Below are positions 40,345-53,859 of a DNA stretch of 64,000 nt, piece after piece (the first letter of the stretch is position 1; every line of letters starts with the position of its first letter). The position numbers and the translations under genes were made by a program. The stretch lies in assembly GCA_965287045.1 (NCBI GenBank), contig OZ336876.1:63922001-63986000 (forward strand), given 5' to 3'. This DNA comes from Carcharhinus amblyrhynchos. Lineage: Eukaryota. The notes below the pieces were generated by a model. It worked only from the letters and a program-made list of their open reading frames with translations, searched no databases and was not told the DNA's origin.

Positions 40345-40650
40345 TGAGGGTTCAAGTTTAACCCATTCAAATTTAAATCAGTAGAATTTAAATTCAATTA
40401 ATAAATCTGGAATATAAAACTAGTCTCAGTAATGGTGACAATGATAACTAAAACTGATTGCTGTAAAAGCCTATCTGGTTCATTAAACTACTTTGGGGCC
40501 AGAAATGTGTCGTCCTTACAGCAATGAGGTTAACTCTTAACTGCCTCCAGCAATGTTCTAACAAGCCACTCAGTTGAAAGGCTATTAAGGATGGGCAACA
40601 AATGCTGCCTTTTCAACAAAGTCCACATCCCATAAAAGAACGAAGAAAAA
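40345..40650 (+). mobile_element. SINE, same family as 23350-23700
   Basis: aaatctggaatataaaactagtctcagtaatggtgac... Confidence 0.7.
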
Positions 40651-42454
40651 AAGATTAAACAAATGCATTAAACAAATAGCATGGTTAATAGAAGAATAGC
40701 CCTTACTGTTCTAGATTTAATAGTTTAGTAGGCTGAAGCCTGGATTTGTGCAGGTGGAATATCATTCAAAAGACCTGGAAGCATCCAGGCAAAGTATTCA
40801 GTTTGATCAGCACTCCTGGCACTCCTAACAAATTTAGTCATTGCACTCACCAGTACGTTATGGCTGCAGAATGTATCGTGTGCACTGTAGCAAACTGTTT
40901 GATTTATTTCAGTACTTTCCAACCTTGTAAACTTTATCTTTGAAAAGAATAAGAACAACAACATCATGGGAATGCCAACACCTGTGAGTGCCTCTCTAAG
41001 TTATAAGCCATTCTGCTTGGACATAACCTACCATTTCACTGAGTAAAGTGCAGGAAATATGTAGTACTATTGTGAGAAGACCGTCGCCACCAAGGTAAAG
41101 GCCACCATCACTACTCAAGGAAAAATGAATGGGTGATTAAAACTAGCCTTGGAAGTATTGCCCACATCCTAGAAACCAAGAAAAATGCAACAACGTTAAT
41201 GATTAAGACTAGTAAGCTAATACTTTTTTCACAAATTTCTGTATTTGAAATGTTTCTAGCTTCTTTTCAAAAGATTGTATAGACTCAGTACTCAACACAC
41301 ACCATGTAAAAGATAAGGTGACTAATTCAAGCAATCTCCTCAACATCTTTCAATCCAACTATTGTAATGTAAATCTTGATCATTTAAGGAATCAGAAGGA
41401 ATTTTTTCCAAAGCCATCCCCAATTAGTTTAGTCAGTTTTACCTATATTAATGTCTTAGACCTGAACCCTGTGGTATATTGTGAAGCCAGACTAGGCCCC
41501 AACAATTTTTTTTATTAATTTGGCATAAATGTGAGTATATTATGCTTTACACTAGGAGTAATTCCACTGAAAAATAAGGGATATTTTATGATAAAACAAA
41601 CTTTATCTTAAAACACAGTACAAGTATAATTCTAACAAATGTCACAGCTTAACTATTAACAGTTGAACAATAATTCAAAAATGAAAGGAAACAAGCTTAA
41701 TTTCTAACTTATCACGGTTTCATTTCCAAATAAGCAACATTTTCTTACAAATTTAAAATTCCACTTTAAATACAGTTAGAGACCATTAATATACTTGAAG
41801 TGTACACAACCTTGAAGCTTTGATTTTCAGAGCAGCTTGCAGATTTGTCTCAAAAAAACCCGCTAGAACTGAAAGTGTTTCTCTGCAAAAAAACCTAGCT
41901 CCTCCCATTAACCTCATTGTCACATGCCCTGTCAATCAACCTAATCAAAATCCCAGGGGAAATCTTCATCTACAAACAAATATATATTAGCTCTCCCCTA
42001 AGTAAACACTGCATGCTTAAAATGAGTAGTGTTCCACTCTCCCAGCATTTGAGCTGTATTCCGACCAGACAATGTGACTACCTGTAGAAAAAGAGCTGAA
42101 TTTTAAAACATTCCCCTTTAAACATAAAATATATCAATAGCACATTATCATTAGTACCCTAAGCATTTACTCAAAATGAAGTAATTTTTTTTTGGAAATC
42201 ATGATTACCATTACATTTATTTTCATCAGCAAAAAACTGGAGGTAAAATTATTAATATTAAAAACACTACTTTAAGACAATCTAATAGTCGTAATGAGTT
42301 AATGTCCAGCCCCAAATTCATATTTCTTGACTTTGGCGGGGACCTAAACATTTTATTTAACTTACTAACCACAATCTAGCGGTTTGGAGATATTTTTGAA
42401 GAGCAGTTGATTACAATCGTATACCTTTTTAGAAGGGAGGTCACCCATGTTTAA

Positions 42455-42715
42455 GTTAAGGGACAGGAGGGTAATAGGAGATGTGAGGAAAACCTTTTTC
42501 ACCTGGGGAGGTCTTGAGAATCTCAAACTCACTGCCTGAAAGGGTGGTAGAAGCAGAAACCCTCACAACATTTAAGAAGTATTTAGATGAACATTTGAAA
42601 TGCCATAGGATATAAGGCTTGGGCCAAGTGCTGGAAAATGGGATTAGTATGAGTATGTGCTTGATGGCCAATGCAGACACGATGGGCCGAAGGGCTTCTT
42701 TCCTTGCTGTAAAAT
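42455..42715 (+). mobile_element. CR1 3' end
   Basis: aactcactgcctgaaagggtggtag...gatgggccgaagggc. Confidence 0.75.
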
Positions 42716-42720
42716 TCAAT

Positions 42721-42847
42721 GGGCGGAATTTTACCATCCCACCTGCCACAAAAATTGTAGCAGGCAGAGCACGAATGATGCAAAGGTCCATTGACTTCGG
42801 GCAGGATTTGCTGGTCTTGGGGTAAGCGCCGCCAGAAAACCCCACCC
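42721..42847. mobile_element. MITE (GGGC-type TIR)
   Basis: gggcggaattttacc...gaaaaccccaccc, flanked by aat/tat; shared internal ggtccattgactt. Confidence 0.65.
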
Positions 42848-44687
42848 TATGTCTCTATGGCAATGTCCCAATTTTTACTCTGCTCCCTTGCACTTAGGGT
42901 GTGACTATTCATACTGTGCTTTAAAATGAATGGAATGTGCCTTTTATATTCATTATTTTGTGTTTTTCTCTTCAATGTGATTTGACAACCAGTCAAATTA
43001 ATAACCCTGACTGGATTTTTAGAAATTGAATCAGCCTCCTGTTTAAATGTTTGTGTCATTAACACAGTCAGCTATTATGCATTTTATGCCATTGTCCAAG
43101 TTTTATGCACACCATGGGTCCAAGGGCTAATTCTTTAAAATATAATAATCACCTCTTGTGAAATAAGGAAAATTACAGTGTTTCAAATTACAGGAGAGGG
43201 ATTATCCCTAGTTATTTGTTATTTTCTACATTTAATTGTAACAAAGACAGAAACTGAACAAAATTATTTTATTCAGTAATTCTTGAATTCTATTTCATGT
43301 TGATTTGTTAGTAGGAAGTCATTCTGCAAAATTTAGGGCATATTTTATTTTAATAATTAATGCTCTTATTAAGATGAGGATCATTTTGTTGAGGAATTAA
43401 ACTCTTTCAAATGACTGTCAGGATCTAATACTCTCAAACCACACATGCAAATTAGATAAAGCATCCTTCACTCTGCCCCAATACCATGCCTCAGCCCCAG
43501 CATCAGGAAAACATTTTGCATCCATTTTCTAAATTAGCTATCTGAATAACTGAAGTGGAAAATTCTAATTTGGATGCTGAATCACTTTAGAAAGTTCTAA
43601 AAAGCAACTTTGATAAGTACACTCTTGCAAAGGTAAACGAAACTCAGCCTTCAAATCGTAATAACATTTTATTGTTTTAATACTAGTTTTATTCAAACAT
43701 TGAAATGTTAGAATAAAAAATATTACAAATTAACAGTATTTAGACAAACATACAATTAAGACAAGACAAATTTGCTTCAGCCAAAAGGAAGATCTCTGAT
43801 TTCACTTACATAGCAAATGAGTTATGAGGGTTTCCCAAAAGAGCTCAGATTTCATGCCAAAAAGCAGAATGGTTATAGTTTTTGTTATCAGATTATAAAG
43901 CCCAGCATTTAATTAAAAGCAATTTCATTCATTCATTGTTCTGTCAATCTAACAATGGCATGTTCTTCAATCAATTATAGTTTGATACCTTCAAATATTG
44001 ATCTGTTATTCGTCTGTCCATTTCACTCCCAAAAATGGTTTCTTAGGATTCAGCATTTCTCTAACCAGTTTAAACCAACGCTAATACGAAATAAAGGCAC
44101 CTTTATCATTTGACATTATCCCCCAGCCTGGATATGCATGGGTAATTTACTGTGTTGCATAATTTGTGTATGACTTGTGCTGGTATTTTTTATGAATACA
44201 TCTTTTATTTTACTGGCAAATTACAAATTCATTTCTCAGAGACATTATTAGTATGTTACTTAAGTATTTTGTATTATTCTCAAACTGCATATTAAAACAT
44301 TAGCTACTAATTATCCTCACATTGGGCATTTAGAATTAATCAGAATTCTCAACTACAGTAACATTTCCAATTAGTGTCAAATGTGGCATAGTTATTTTAT
44401 TGTTGACCCATGCCCTGTAGATTTTGCATTATGACTGTACACACTCATTTCACATAGAACCCTTACAGCAAACAGATGGAGGCATCTTTCATCCCATAAA
44501 TTTAGGCTAGTGTTTTCAATCTCAGTCTCAGAACTAGAAGATTATGTCTAATCCACGATACAACCCAGTTCCCAAACAAGCTTTAATAATAGAATGTTGG
44601 TAGCTGGAGATCACTGCAGCGAGATGAATATACCATGATGATTAAGTGTTTCACAGCATTGGTGGCAAAAATGATAGATTTGGAATT

Positions 44688-45665
44688 CATAGAGTCATAG
44701 AGGCTTACAGCACGGAAACAGGCCCCTCGGCTCAACGTGTCCATGCCGCCCTTTTTTTTTTTGAAACCCCTAAACTAACCCCAATTGTCCGCATTTGGCC
44801 CATATCGCTCTATACCTATCGTACCCATGTAACTATCTAAATGCTTTTTAAAAGATAAAATTGTCCCTGCTTGTACTACTACCTCTGGCAGCTTGTTCCA
44901 GACACTCACCACCCTCAGTGAAAAAATTGCCCCTCAGGACACTTTTGTATCTCTCCCCTCTCACCTTAAACCTATGCCCTCTAGTTTTAGATTCCTCTAC
45001 TTTTGGGAAAACGTATTGACTATTTACCTTGTCTTTGCCCCTCATTATTTTATAGACCTCTATAAGGTCACCCCTCCGGCTCCTACACTCCAAGAAAAAA
45101 AGCCCCAGTCTATTCAGCCTCTCCTTAAACTTAATCCATCAAGTCCTGGTAGCATCCTAGTAAATCTTTTCTGCACTCTTTCTAGTTTAATAATATCCTT
45201 CCTATAATAGGGTGACCAGAATTACACATGGTAAGGCTGCACTTGGAATACTAATGTCTTGTACAACTTCATCAAGACATTCCAACTCCTGTATTCAATG
45301 TTCTGACTGATGAAACCAAACATGCCGAATGCCTTCTTCACCACTCTGTCCATTTGTGACTCCACTTTCAAGGAGTGAAAGGCACCCCCAGATCTCTTTG
45401 TTCTGTACCTCTCCCCAACGCCCTACCATTAACTGAGTAAGTCCTGCCCTGGTTCAAAGTACAAAATGCATTACCTTGTATTTGTCTATATTAAACTCCA
45501 TCTGCCATTCATCAGCCCACTGGCTCAATTGATCAAGATTCTGCTGCAATTGGAGATAACCTTCCTTTCTGTCCAGTATGCCACCAATCTCGGTGTCATC
45601 AGCAAACTTACTAACCATGCCCCTATATTCTCATTCAAATCATTAATATAAATGACAAATAACAA
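44688..45665 (-). mobile_element. CR1 LINE
   Basis: RGDLIEVYKIMRG...SKTRGHRFKVRG. Confidence 0.9.
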
Positions 45666-47119
45666 TTTGTGGAAATATTAACAAAGGAAGTCAGAAAATG
45701 GAGAGACTCCTTTGTGAGCTATCCAGGAATCTAGCAGTCTGTCATCAGTTGTTATGCTGCATTAATCCCACCACTGGGGAGGAAATTGCCAGAAGTAGAA
45801 TAGGTTATATCTCCTACATAGGTTATATCTCCAAATTTACACACACTGTTCAACAAGTTCAAAGTTTAAGTTGGGAATATTGATGTGGGGTTGCATTCTG
45901 TAGTGAGGCATCTTGTTTCACCCAATAATGGTTGTACTTGCAGTTCCAGTGTTGTCTTTGATATGTTTGCTTGTTGATTTTTATTACAAGCTCATTAGTA
46001 TATATTACATTGAGATTGACCAGTGTTGGTATGTCTAAAACACAATGGAGGAATTTACTGTGTCAACTGAAGCAGGAAAAGCGATGTGTAACCCGTCGGC
46101 TCCACCGTTGGCATTTCTCGCCATACTCTTTCGACACTTGCGTCTCACAACATTATGCTGGTTCAGAGCCCATCTCACCAGTATCATCGGCACCAATCTA
46201 CACATAACAAAAATAAGAAAGGGGTTCGCCTCTCAGGGACACAGGGAACAGCCCATGCATGTGGCTCTTCCGCCAGGGAAAGCCCCTCCATCCCATGGAT
46301 ACGGGAAACCATCCCCCACAAACCTCTCCATCAGAAGACTCCCTTGCCAGAAATGCTCTTGGCACTTCCCCATTGCACTGCCTGAGCATGACCCTTTCCT
46401 CCCCATTGGGGGCTGTGGCTCTGGCAGAATCTCTTCACCAAGTCCCCGTTTCTCAGAAGCTGTTGTAAACCCTGCCAAATTGATGTCATGGTCGTGGGGA
46501 AGATTAACTAATGTGAAAGCGTGGAGAGATAATAGAGTGGGGAAGTCTGCCAATGATATTATAAACTTTCATGGTGGGAACACATTACATCATTGGAAGG
46601 GTGTGAAGCAATCAGAACGGGAAACCCCAACGGCATAAAAGCTGTTTGGAAGCTGCCATTAGATTCTCCACTCCTGCCGCCATTCCCCCTGCCAAAAAAG
46701 GGGATGGAAAATTCCCCCACCAAATGTAACTCATGATGAGTTAGAAGAAATTTATCCTCCAATCAGATCACAATACTGGAAGTGCTTCATTTTGGAAGTT
46801 GCAGCTTGGAGAATCTTTGAGTACTGTTTGCAGACTTTAGAATATTTTTATTTTGCTGTGGTTGGATTGGAGAAGTAAAGAAGCTTCCTCAATATGCCTC
46901 CAGGAACACTACAATTTTCCTTGGGAGTACAGCCTGAACGCTGGTATTTGCTGCCACCCCCTGCAAATTTATGAGGTGCTGGCTTTTGATCGCAGGGGCA
47001 GTGGGAGCCCCTGAGAGCTCAGTGATGGGGTGGAGGAAGTTTTCTTTTCCTGTGATCCCTTTACAAAATGGTGTCCCAATCTCAATCCAGCCAGGCTTTG
47101 CATGTAGGCCCTGTTCCTC

Positions 47120-47675
47120 AACATAGAATCATAGAATCCCTACAATGCAGAAGGAGGCCATTTGTTTGGCCCATCGAGCCTGCACCGACAACAATCCCAC
47201 CCAGGCACTATTCCCTTAACTTCACACGTTTACCTCGCTAATTCCTCTAACCTACACGTTCCGGGATACTAAGGGGCGATTTAGTATGGCCAATCAACCT
47301 AACCCGCACATCTTTGGACTGTGGGAGGAAACCGATGTAATAACTCCATGGAGGTGAAGGTCCTATCACCAAAAATTCCTTTATTTACAAGACATACTAT
47401 AACATCAGAGTGCTTCATCAGATAGAGAGACTGACGCACTTGTTTTAAATAGGGAACATGAGGCTTCCTGATAGGGTCAGTCAGGGAGTTCATTCTTCAG
47501 CAAGCCAACCTTATTTGCTTGACTGAAGTCATCACACCAGAGCACCCAGAGGAAACCCACGCAGACACAAGGCAAAGGTGCAAACTCCACACACATAGTG
47601 ACAAGCCGGGAATTGAACCCACGTGCCTGGAGCTGTGAGACAGCAGGGCTAACCACTGTGCCATGACGGCATGAA
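47120..47675 (-). mobile_element. HE1-type SINE interrupted by a solo LTR
   Basis: catagaatcatagaatccctaca tail ... aaccactgtgcca head. Confidence 0.85.
47336..47536 (-). mobile_element. 201-bp solo LTR (Gypsy-like)
   Basis: TG...CA ends, imperfect 10-bp TIR tgtaataact/agtcatcaca, 4-bp flanks ccga/ccag, AATAAA on the minus strand. Confidence 0.65.
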
Positions 47676-48384
47676 ACACATGCCCATATTTTTCTTTTTG
47701 GGCAAAGATCTGACGAGCAAACCTGCCTGTTTCTCTGGAGGGAAGCATGCTGGTCTTCAGTCAGTCTTGACACTTTGCCATTTTTGGTAAGATTCTCCCT
47801 GTTATGTGGAATAGATTATGGGGCAATCTTACCCAAAAAAATTGAAGTGCCAAATGAACGAGAAAATGCATGAGTTTCAGATCCATTTTTGGGCGAGATT
47901 GAAAACGTAATTTTATACCACTTTGTGCAACAAAAAAGATGCACAATCTGTTTCATGCCATAGGAAGAAGGGCAGGGCTGAACTTCACCAGAAAGCCAGC
48001 TGCTCACAATAGAGGGCGCAGTCACACATGCGCAGATCTCTGTTTTGTTGCACAGAACAGAGAGGTCTGTCAGTTACCCACCCTCCTCTGGATATCGACC
48101 CCCCCCCCCCCCACCCCACCCTTCTAGATATTATCCCCCACCCACTCCCAGTTAATCATATTCACCCCACTGATTTAAATATTATTATCAGCCTCATGTC
48201 CGGGAAGAGCATCAGAATGTGCAAGAACTAAAGTTTGTCATCCTATCAAAAGCATTAATGTGGTCACCGTTGATGTACCATTTCATTTTGAACATATTTA
48301 CTTATACTTCTGTATGGTTTTGTGTGCATTTGTACACTCCAGAAATCCAAAAGAATGGTAATTGGAATGAAATGAAATGGTTAT

Positions 48385-51300
48385 CGCAGAGACATGGCTG
48401 CAAGAGGATCAGGGCTGGGATCTAAATATCCAAGGATATGTGTCCTATTGGAAGGACAGGCAGATAGGTAAAGGGGCAGGATTGCATTGTTAGTGAGGAA
48501 TGAAGTCAAATCGATAGCAAGAAGTGATATTGGATCAGAAGGCATAGAATCTCTGTAGGTGGAGTTGAGGAATTGCGAAGGTAAAAAGACCCTGATAGGA
48601 GTTATGTACAGTTCCCCCTAGCAGTAGTCAGGATGTGGAGCAGAAATAAATCAGGAAATAGAAAAGACATATAAAAAAGGCAATATTACTGTAATCATGG
48701 GGGACTTCAGTATGCAGGTGGACTGGGAAAATCAGGTGGTAGTGGATCCCAAGAAAAGGAATTTGTGGAATGTCTAAGATTTTTTTTTTGGAGCAGCTTG
48801 TGACAGAACCTACTAGGGAACAGGCAATTCTGGACTTAGTGATGTATAATGCAGCAGACCTGATTAGGGAACTTAAGGTGAAGGAACCCTTAGGGAGCAG
48901 TGACCACAAAATGATAGAATTTACCCTGCAGTTTGAGAGGGAGAGGCTGGAATCAGGTGTAATGATGTTACAATTAAATAAAGGTAACTACAAAGACATG
49001 AGGGAGGAGCTGGCTAGAGTTGATTGGAAAGGGAATCCTTTCCAGCAGGGAAGACAGTGGAACAGCAATGGCAGGAGTGTTTGAGAGTTATTCAGGAAGC
49101 ACAACAGAAATTCATCCCAAGGAGGAGGAAACATACGAAGGGGAGGACAAGGCACTCATGGCTGATGAGGGAAGTCAAGGACAGCATAAAAGCAAAAGAA
49201 AAAGCATACAAATTGGCAAGGATTAGTGGGAAGCCAGAGGATTGGGAAACCTGTAAAAGCAAGCAGAAGACAACTAAAAAAGCTATAAGAGGGGAGAAAA
49301 TGAAATACGAGTGTAAGCTAGCTAATAATATAAAAGAAGATGGGAATAATTTTTTCGACATTTAAAAGGTAAGAGAAAGGCAAAAATAGCCATTGGACCA
49401 CTGGAGAAATAATAATTGGAAACAAAGCAATGGCAGAGGAACTGAGTAGTTACTTTGCATCAGTCTTCACAGTGGAAGATACCAGTAGGATGCCAGAGCT
49501 CCAGGAAAGTCAGGGGGCACAGATGAATGTAGTGGCCATCACTAAGGAGAAGGTTCTGAAGTTGGATAAATCACTTGGACTGGGTGGGCTACACCCTAGG
49601 GTTCTAAAAGTGATAGCTGAGGAAATTATGGAGGCATTGGTGGTGAACATTCAGGAATCGATTGAGGCAGGGAGGGTACCAGAAGACTGGAAAGTAAGTA
49701 ATGTAACACCGCTGTTTAAGAAGGGAGGGAGGCAGCAGATTGGAAATTATAGGCCGGTTAGCCTGACTTCGGTCATTGGCAAGATTTTATAGTCTGTTAT
49801 TAAAGATGAGATCACAGAGTACTTGCAAGTGCATGATAAAGAAGGATTGAGTCAGCATGGCTTCATCAAGGGGAGGTTATGTCTGACAAATCTGTTTGAG
49901 TTCTTTGAGGAGCTAACAAGGAAGTTAGATAAAGGAGAACAAGTGGACGTGCAAATTGTGCGGAGGGTGTGGAGAGTCTGCAGAAGGATCTAGATAGGCT
50001 GGGCAAATGGGCCAGGAAATGGCAAATGGAATTTAATGTTGGCAGGTGTGAGGTGGTCCACTTTGGTAGCAAGAATGGTAGGAAGGACTATTACTTACAT
50101 GGCGAAAAACTGCAGCAGGTGATGGTGCAGAGGGACCTCGGGGTCCTTGTGCATGAGTCGCAAAAACCCAGCTTGCAGGTGCAGCAGGTGGTCAGGAAGG
50201 CGAATGGGATGCTGGCCTTCATAGCGAGGGGGATTGAATATAAAAGTAGGGAGGTCTTGCTGCAGCTGTATAGGGCATTGGTGAGGCCGCAGCTGGAGTA
50301 CTGTGTGCAGTTTTGGGCGCCGCACCTGCGCAAGGATATTTTGGCCTTGGAGGGAGTGCAGAGGAGGTTTACTCGGCTGATACCGGAGTTGAGGGGGTTG
50401 AGCTATGAGGAGAGGCTGAATAAACTAGGCTTGTACTCATTAGAGTTTAGAAGAATGAGGGGAGATCTCATTGAGACGTATAAGATGATGAATGGGATGG
50501 ATAGGATAGAGGTGGAGAGACTCTTCCCGCTCAAAATAGACAGTAGGACTAGGGGGCACAGCCTCAAGATAAAGGGGAGGCGGTTTAGAACGGAGTTGAG
50601 GAGGAACTTCTTCACTCAAAGGGTGGTGAATCTCTGGAATTCTCTGCCCGTTGAAGTGGTGGAGGCTACCTCGCTAAATATTTTTAAGAAGCTGGTTGAT
50701 GGGTTCTTGATAAGAGAGGGGATTAAGGGTTATGGGGAGAGGGCGGAAAAGTGGAACTGAGCCATGACAGATCAGCCATGATCTTATTGAATGGCGGGGC
50801 AGGCTCGAAGGGCTAGATGGCCTACTCCTGCTCCTATTTCTTATGTTCTTATGATTTATTTAGATTTCCAGAAGGCCTTTGGACAAGGTGCTGTATAGGA
50901 GGCTGTTAAATAAGTTATGTATTCATAGTATTAAGGGTAAGATCCTGACATGAATAAAGGATTGGCTGGCTGGTAGAAGGCAGACAGTGGGGATAAAGGG
51001 ATCTACTTCAGGATGGTAGCTGGTGACTAGTGAGTGTCAGGTGTCAGTGCTGGGACCGTAACTTTTCACAATATACACTAATGATTTGGAGGGAAGAACT
51101 GAAGGCACTATTGCTAAGTTTGCAGGTGATAGAAAGATATGTAGAGGGACAGGTAGTATTGAGGAAGCAGAGGGATTGCAGAAGGACTTGGACAGGTCAG
51201 GAGAATGGCAAGGAAGTGGCAGATGGAATACAATGTAGAAAAATGTGAGGTTAAGCACTTTGGAAGGATGAATGAAGACATAGACTATTTTCTAAATGGG

Positions 51301-51810
51301 AAAATGCTTAGGAAATCAGAAACACAAAGGGTATGGGAGTCCTTGTTCAAGATTTTCTTAAGGTTAATGTGCAGGTTCAGTCGGCAGTTAGGAAGGCAAA
51401 TGCAATGTTAGCATTCATGTCGAGAAGGTTAGAATACAAGAGCAGGGATGTACTTCTGAGGCTGTATAAGGCTCTGGTCAGCCCCCATTTGGAGTATTGT
51501 GAGCAGTTTTGGACCCCATATCTAAGGAAGGATGTGCTGGCCTTGGAAAGAGTCCAGAAGAAGTTCACAAGAATGATCCCTAGAATGAAGAGCTTGGCGT
51601 ATGAGGAACGGTTGAGGACTCTGGGACTGAACTTGTTGGAGTTTAGAAGGATGAGAAGGGATCTTATTGAAACTTATAGAAGACTGTGAGGTCTGGATAA
51701 GGTGGAAGTAGAGAGGATGTTTCCACTAGTAGGAAAAACTGGAACCAGAGGGCACAACGCAGGCTAAAGGGATGATCCTTTAAAACAGAATTTCTTCAGC
51801 CAGAAAGTGG
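48385..51810 (+). mobile_element. Older CR1 LINE (APE endonuclease plus RT, frameshifted), host of the 49952-50853 insert
   Basis: EPTREQAILDLV, LGSSDH, NYRPVSLTS, YLDFQKAF and RPHLEYC-type motifs. Confidence 0.9.
49952..50853 (+). mobile_element. Young 5'-truncated CR1 LINE (intact C-terminal ORF2 plus 3'UTR)
   Basis: Uninterrupted 263-codon ORF (WQMEFNVGRC...RPQLEYCVQFW...RGDLIETYK...TRGH...WNSLP) ending at 50760; CpGs retained; tail ttcttatg x2. Confidence 0.92.
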
Positions 51811-51849
51811 TCACAAACCAACTGGCCATTGAGCGGCTAAAAGAGTTTT

Positions 51850-52300
51850 CAGTTGACAAAGCTATCTGCATATTAAGTCAGGGCCTTTATTGTAACATGG
51901 GAGCAATCAAAACACCTTGCATCTGAAAGAAGCCTGCTAATTTGGAAAAGGCCATAGCTCTCTGCAACTGAGACAGCAAATCAATAGGGAAATTAATGTG
52001 ATCCCCTGCACAAGCAAATAGGGCATTAGCTACAGCCTTACTGGAGGTGTTTTGCTGCTGACCAGGATATACCAGACAGGTCTCCATGATGAGTCCTGGA
52101 AAAATGCTGAGGCATAGATATTAAGACCAATGGTTACCTTCACAGCATAGGCAGAGTATGGGGATGATGGATTGCGGCTAGAGTTACTGCTGGAGCATGT
52201 GACATCTACCTGTTATCACCTCACATCTTAACCTCAGCTATTTTTCACAGTGGTTTTCTGTTATTTTGAGATTTGATGACCTGCAGTGTTTTCCCAGATG
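51850..52300 (-). pseudogene. Harbinger transposase N-terminal relic
   Basis: VKVTIGLNIYASAFFQ and ALFACAGDHINFP...AMAFSKLAGFFQMQGV, compared with typical KVTVALNFYASGSFQ and AGFPxVQGVID motifs. Confidence 0.7.
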
Positions 52301-53389
52301 GTAATAACTGGTTGTCCTGCACTATCTCCTCTTCCTTCCTGATACATGTGCTGCTGCCTTTTCCTCTTGAGCAATTCCTCTCTCTCCAGCTTCCAGCTGC
52401 TCAGTGACTGATTTCTTTGGTGTCTGTGTGCGAGATGCCATTGCCTACCTTCTGTCTAGTTTTGTACAAAGTAGTATGTGCACTTCTTCAGCGCAAAGTT
52501 CTCCCTGATCAGTAGGGTAAAGTAAGTTATCCTTTGAGACCAGGAGCCTAATCCTGGTGTCTATTGGGTTAAGAGAATACAAATTGAATTTGCTTTGTGT
52601 CACTTCTGGGGTAGTGAATAAAATTTTAAAGCAATTTTCACAGGGGCATCCAGCCTCTTCAAAGGAGGTTCTCCTGGCTCTCCAAAGAAATACACCAAGT
52701 TCACCTTTGTTCTTAGTGGATCTGCTCTGCACACTTCAGTTTTCGTATTCCTAGTCTATTAAAATCCAACTTGAATGAAGGCAGCTGATGATGATTTGAA
52801 TATCCGGATTTCTTTCTAAACATACGTATATGAAACATGCCTTCCCCATTCCTGCCTTGACAAAAATGGGAAGTGCCATGTTTTGGCGGAGCGGTGGGGT
52901 GGTGGCGGTGCGGGACTTCTGCCATTTTTGCCACAACAAAGAAACTTTCCATTGTGGCAAAAATCCAGGCCATTGTTTTAAAATGGCAAATCATCACACG
53001 CTGAATGAGTCCTCTTAGATTATATAGAATCATCATATATAAAATCATCATTCAGTGTTCCTTAGGGTTCATTAGTGAACGGTATGCTTTGTCTGTATAG
53101 CGCACAAGAAACAATGCTTTTCATGAAAACATATGACAATAATCAACCAAATCATTATCAGTTTTTTTTAAATCGAATTTCTTTTTCCTTCCATTGAGTT
53201 ACCAGATTTTAAGATTTAGACTTGCTAATTTCTGATGGAGGCTATTTTCAAATGATTTAATTCATAGTTAATATGAAGTAAACTAATATTAGGAATACAT
53301 TTGGATGAGGAAAAAAGGATTTGGGAGTGAACATTTTTAGTCAAGGTGAAGTGATTATTAGTAAAGTGACAACTTTGATCACTATTATC

Positions 53390-53745
53390 ACATTTGCCTC
53401 TAAGATAGCCATGGATTCAAGCCACACTCCAGAACTTGGGCACACACTTCACGTTGACACTTCAGAGCAGTACAATGGAAGTCCACGCTCTACATGAAAG
53501 ATGGCGCCTCAGTATACAGTAAAATACAGCATTAGTATGAAAGGTCTCATGCCTGCATTTGAAGAAGTTAAGGGACTCTACTTAGTGCTCAGGTTAATAT
53601 TTATGTCCTGCCAACAAAACGTTGTTAGCTGGGATCTTCGCTCTAAGTGGGATCTTGTTGTATGAAAATTGGCTTACCTTTCAGCAGATGTTCAGGAGCA
53701 CTGGAGGACATCTTGAGGAAATTAAAGTTGCGATATAAATGTAAA
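53390..53745 (+). mobile_element. Old DeuSINE-like SINE
   Basis: tttgaagaag...aatatttat...gtgggatcttg..tatataaatg pattern; possible minus-strand relative at about 63640-63830. Confidence 0.5.
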
Positions 53746-53859
53746 TTCACACCATGAATATCTGTTTCCTGAGATCATAGTGTTGCTTAAGTTTTAAAAA
53801 GACCCTGAAGCACTGGGGAAGTTTCAAAGAAGATTGACAAGAAAATTCAGGTCAAAATA

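Noticed and set aside
46045-46638. 197-aa ORF
   Set aside because: No recognisable domain or splice signals; lies in GC-richer, probably repeat-derived sequence
47405-47425. CTGATGA on the minus strand as another hammerhead
   Set aside because: No stem II or GAAA follows
49969-50760. 263-aa ORF as a host gene
   Set aside because: C-terminal CR1 ORF2 fragment with a GTG start; lacks the RT active site
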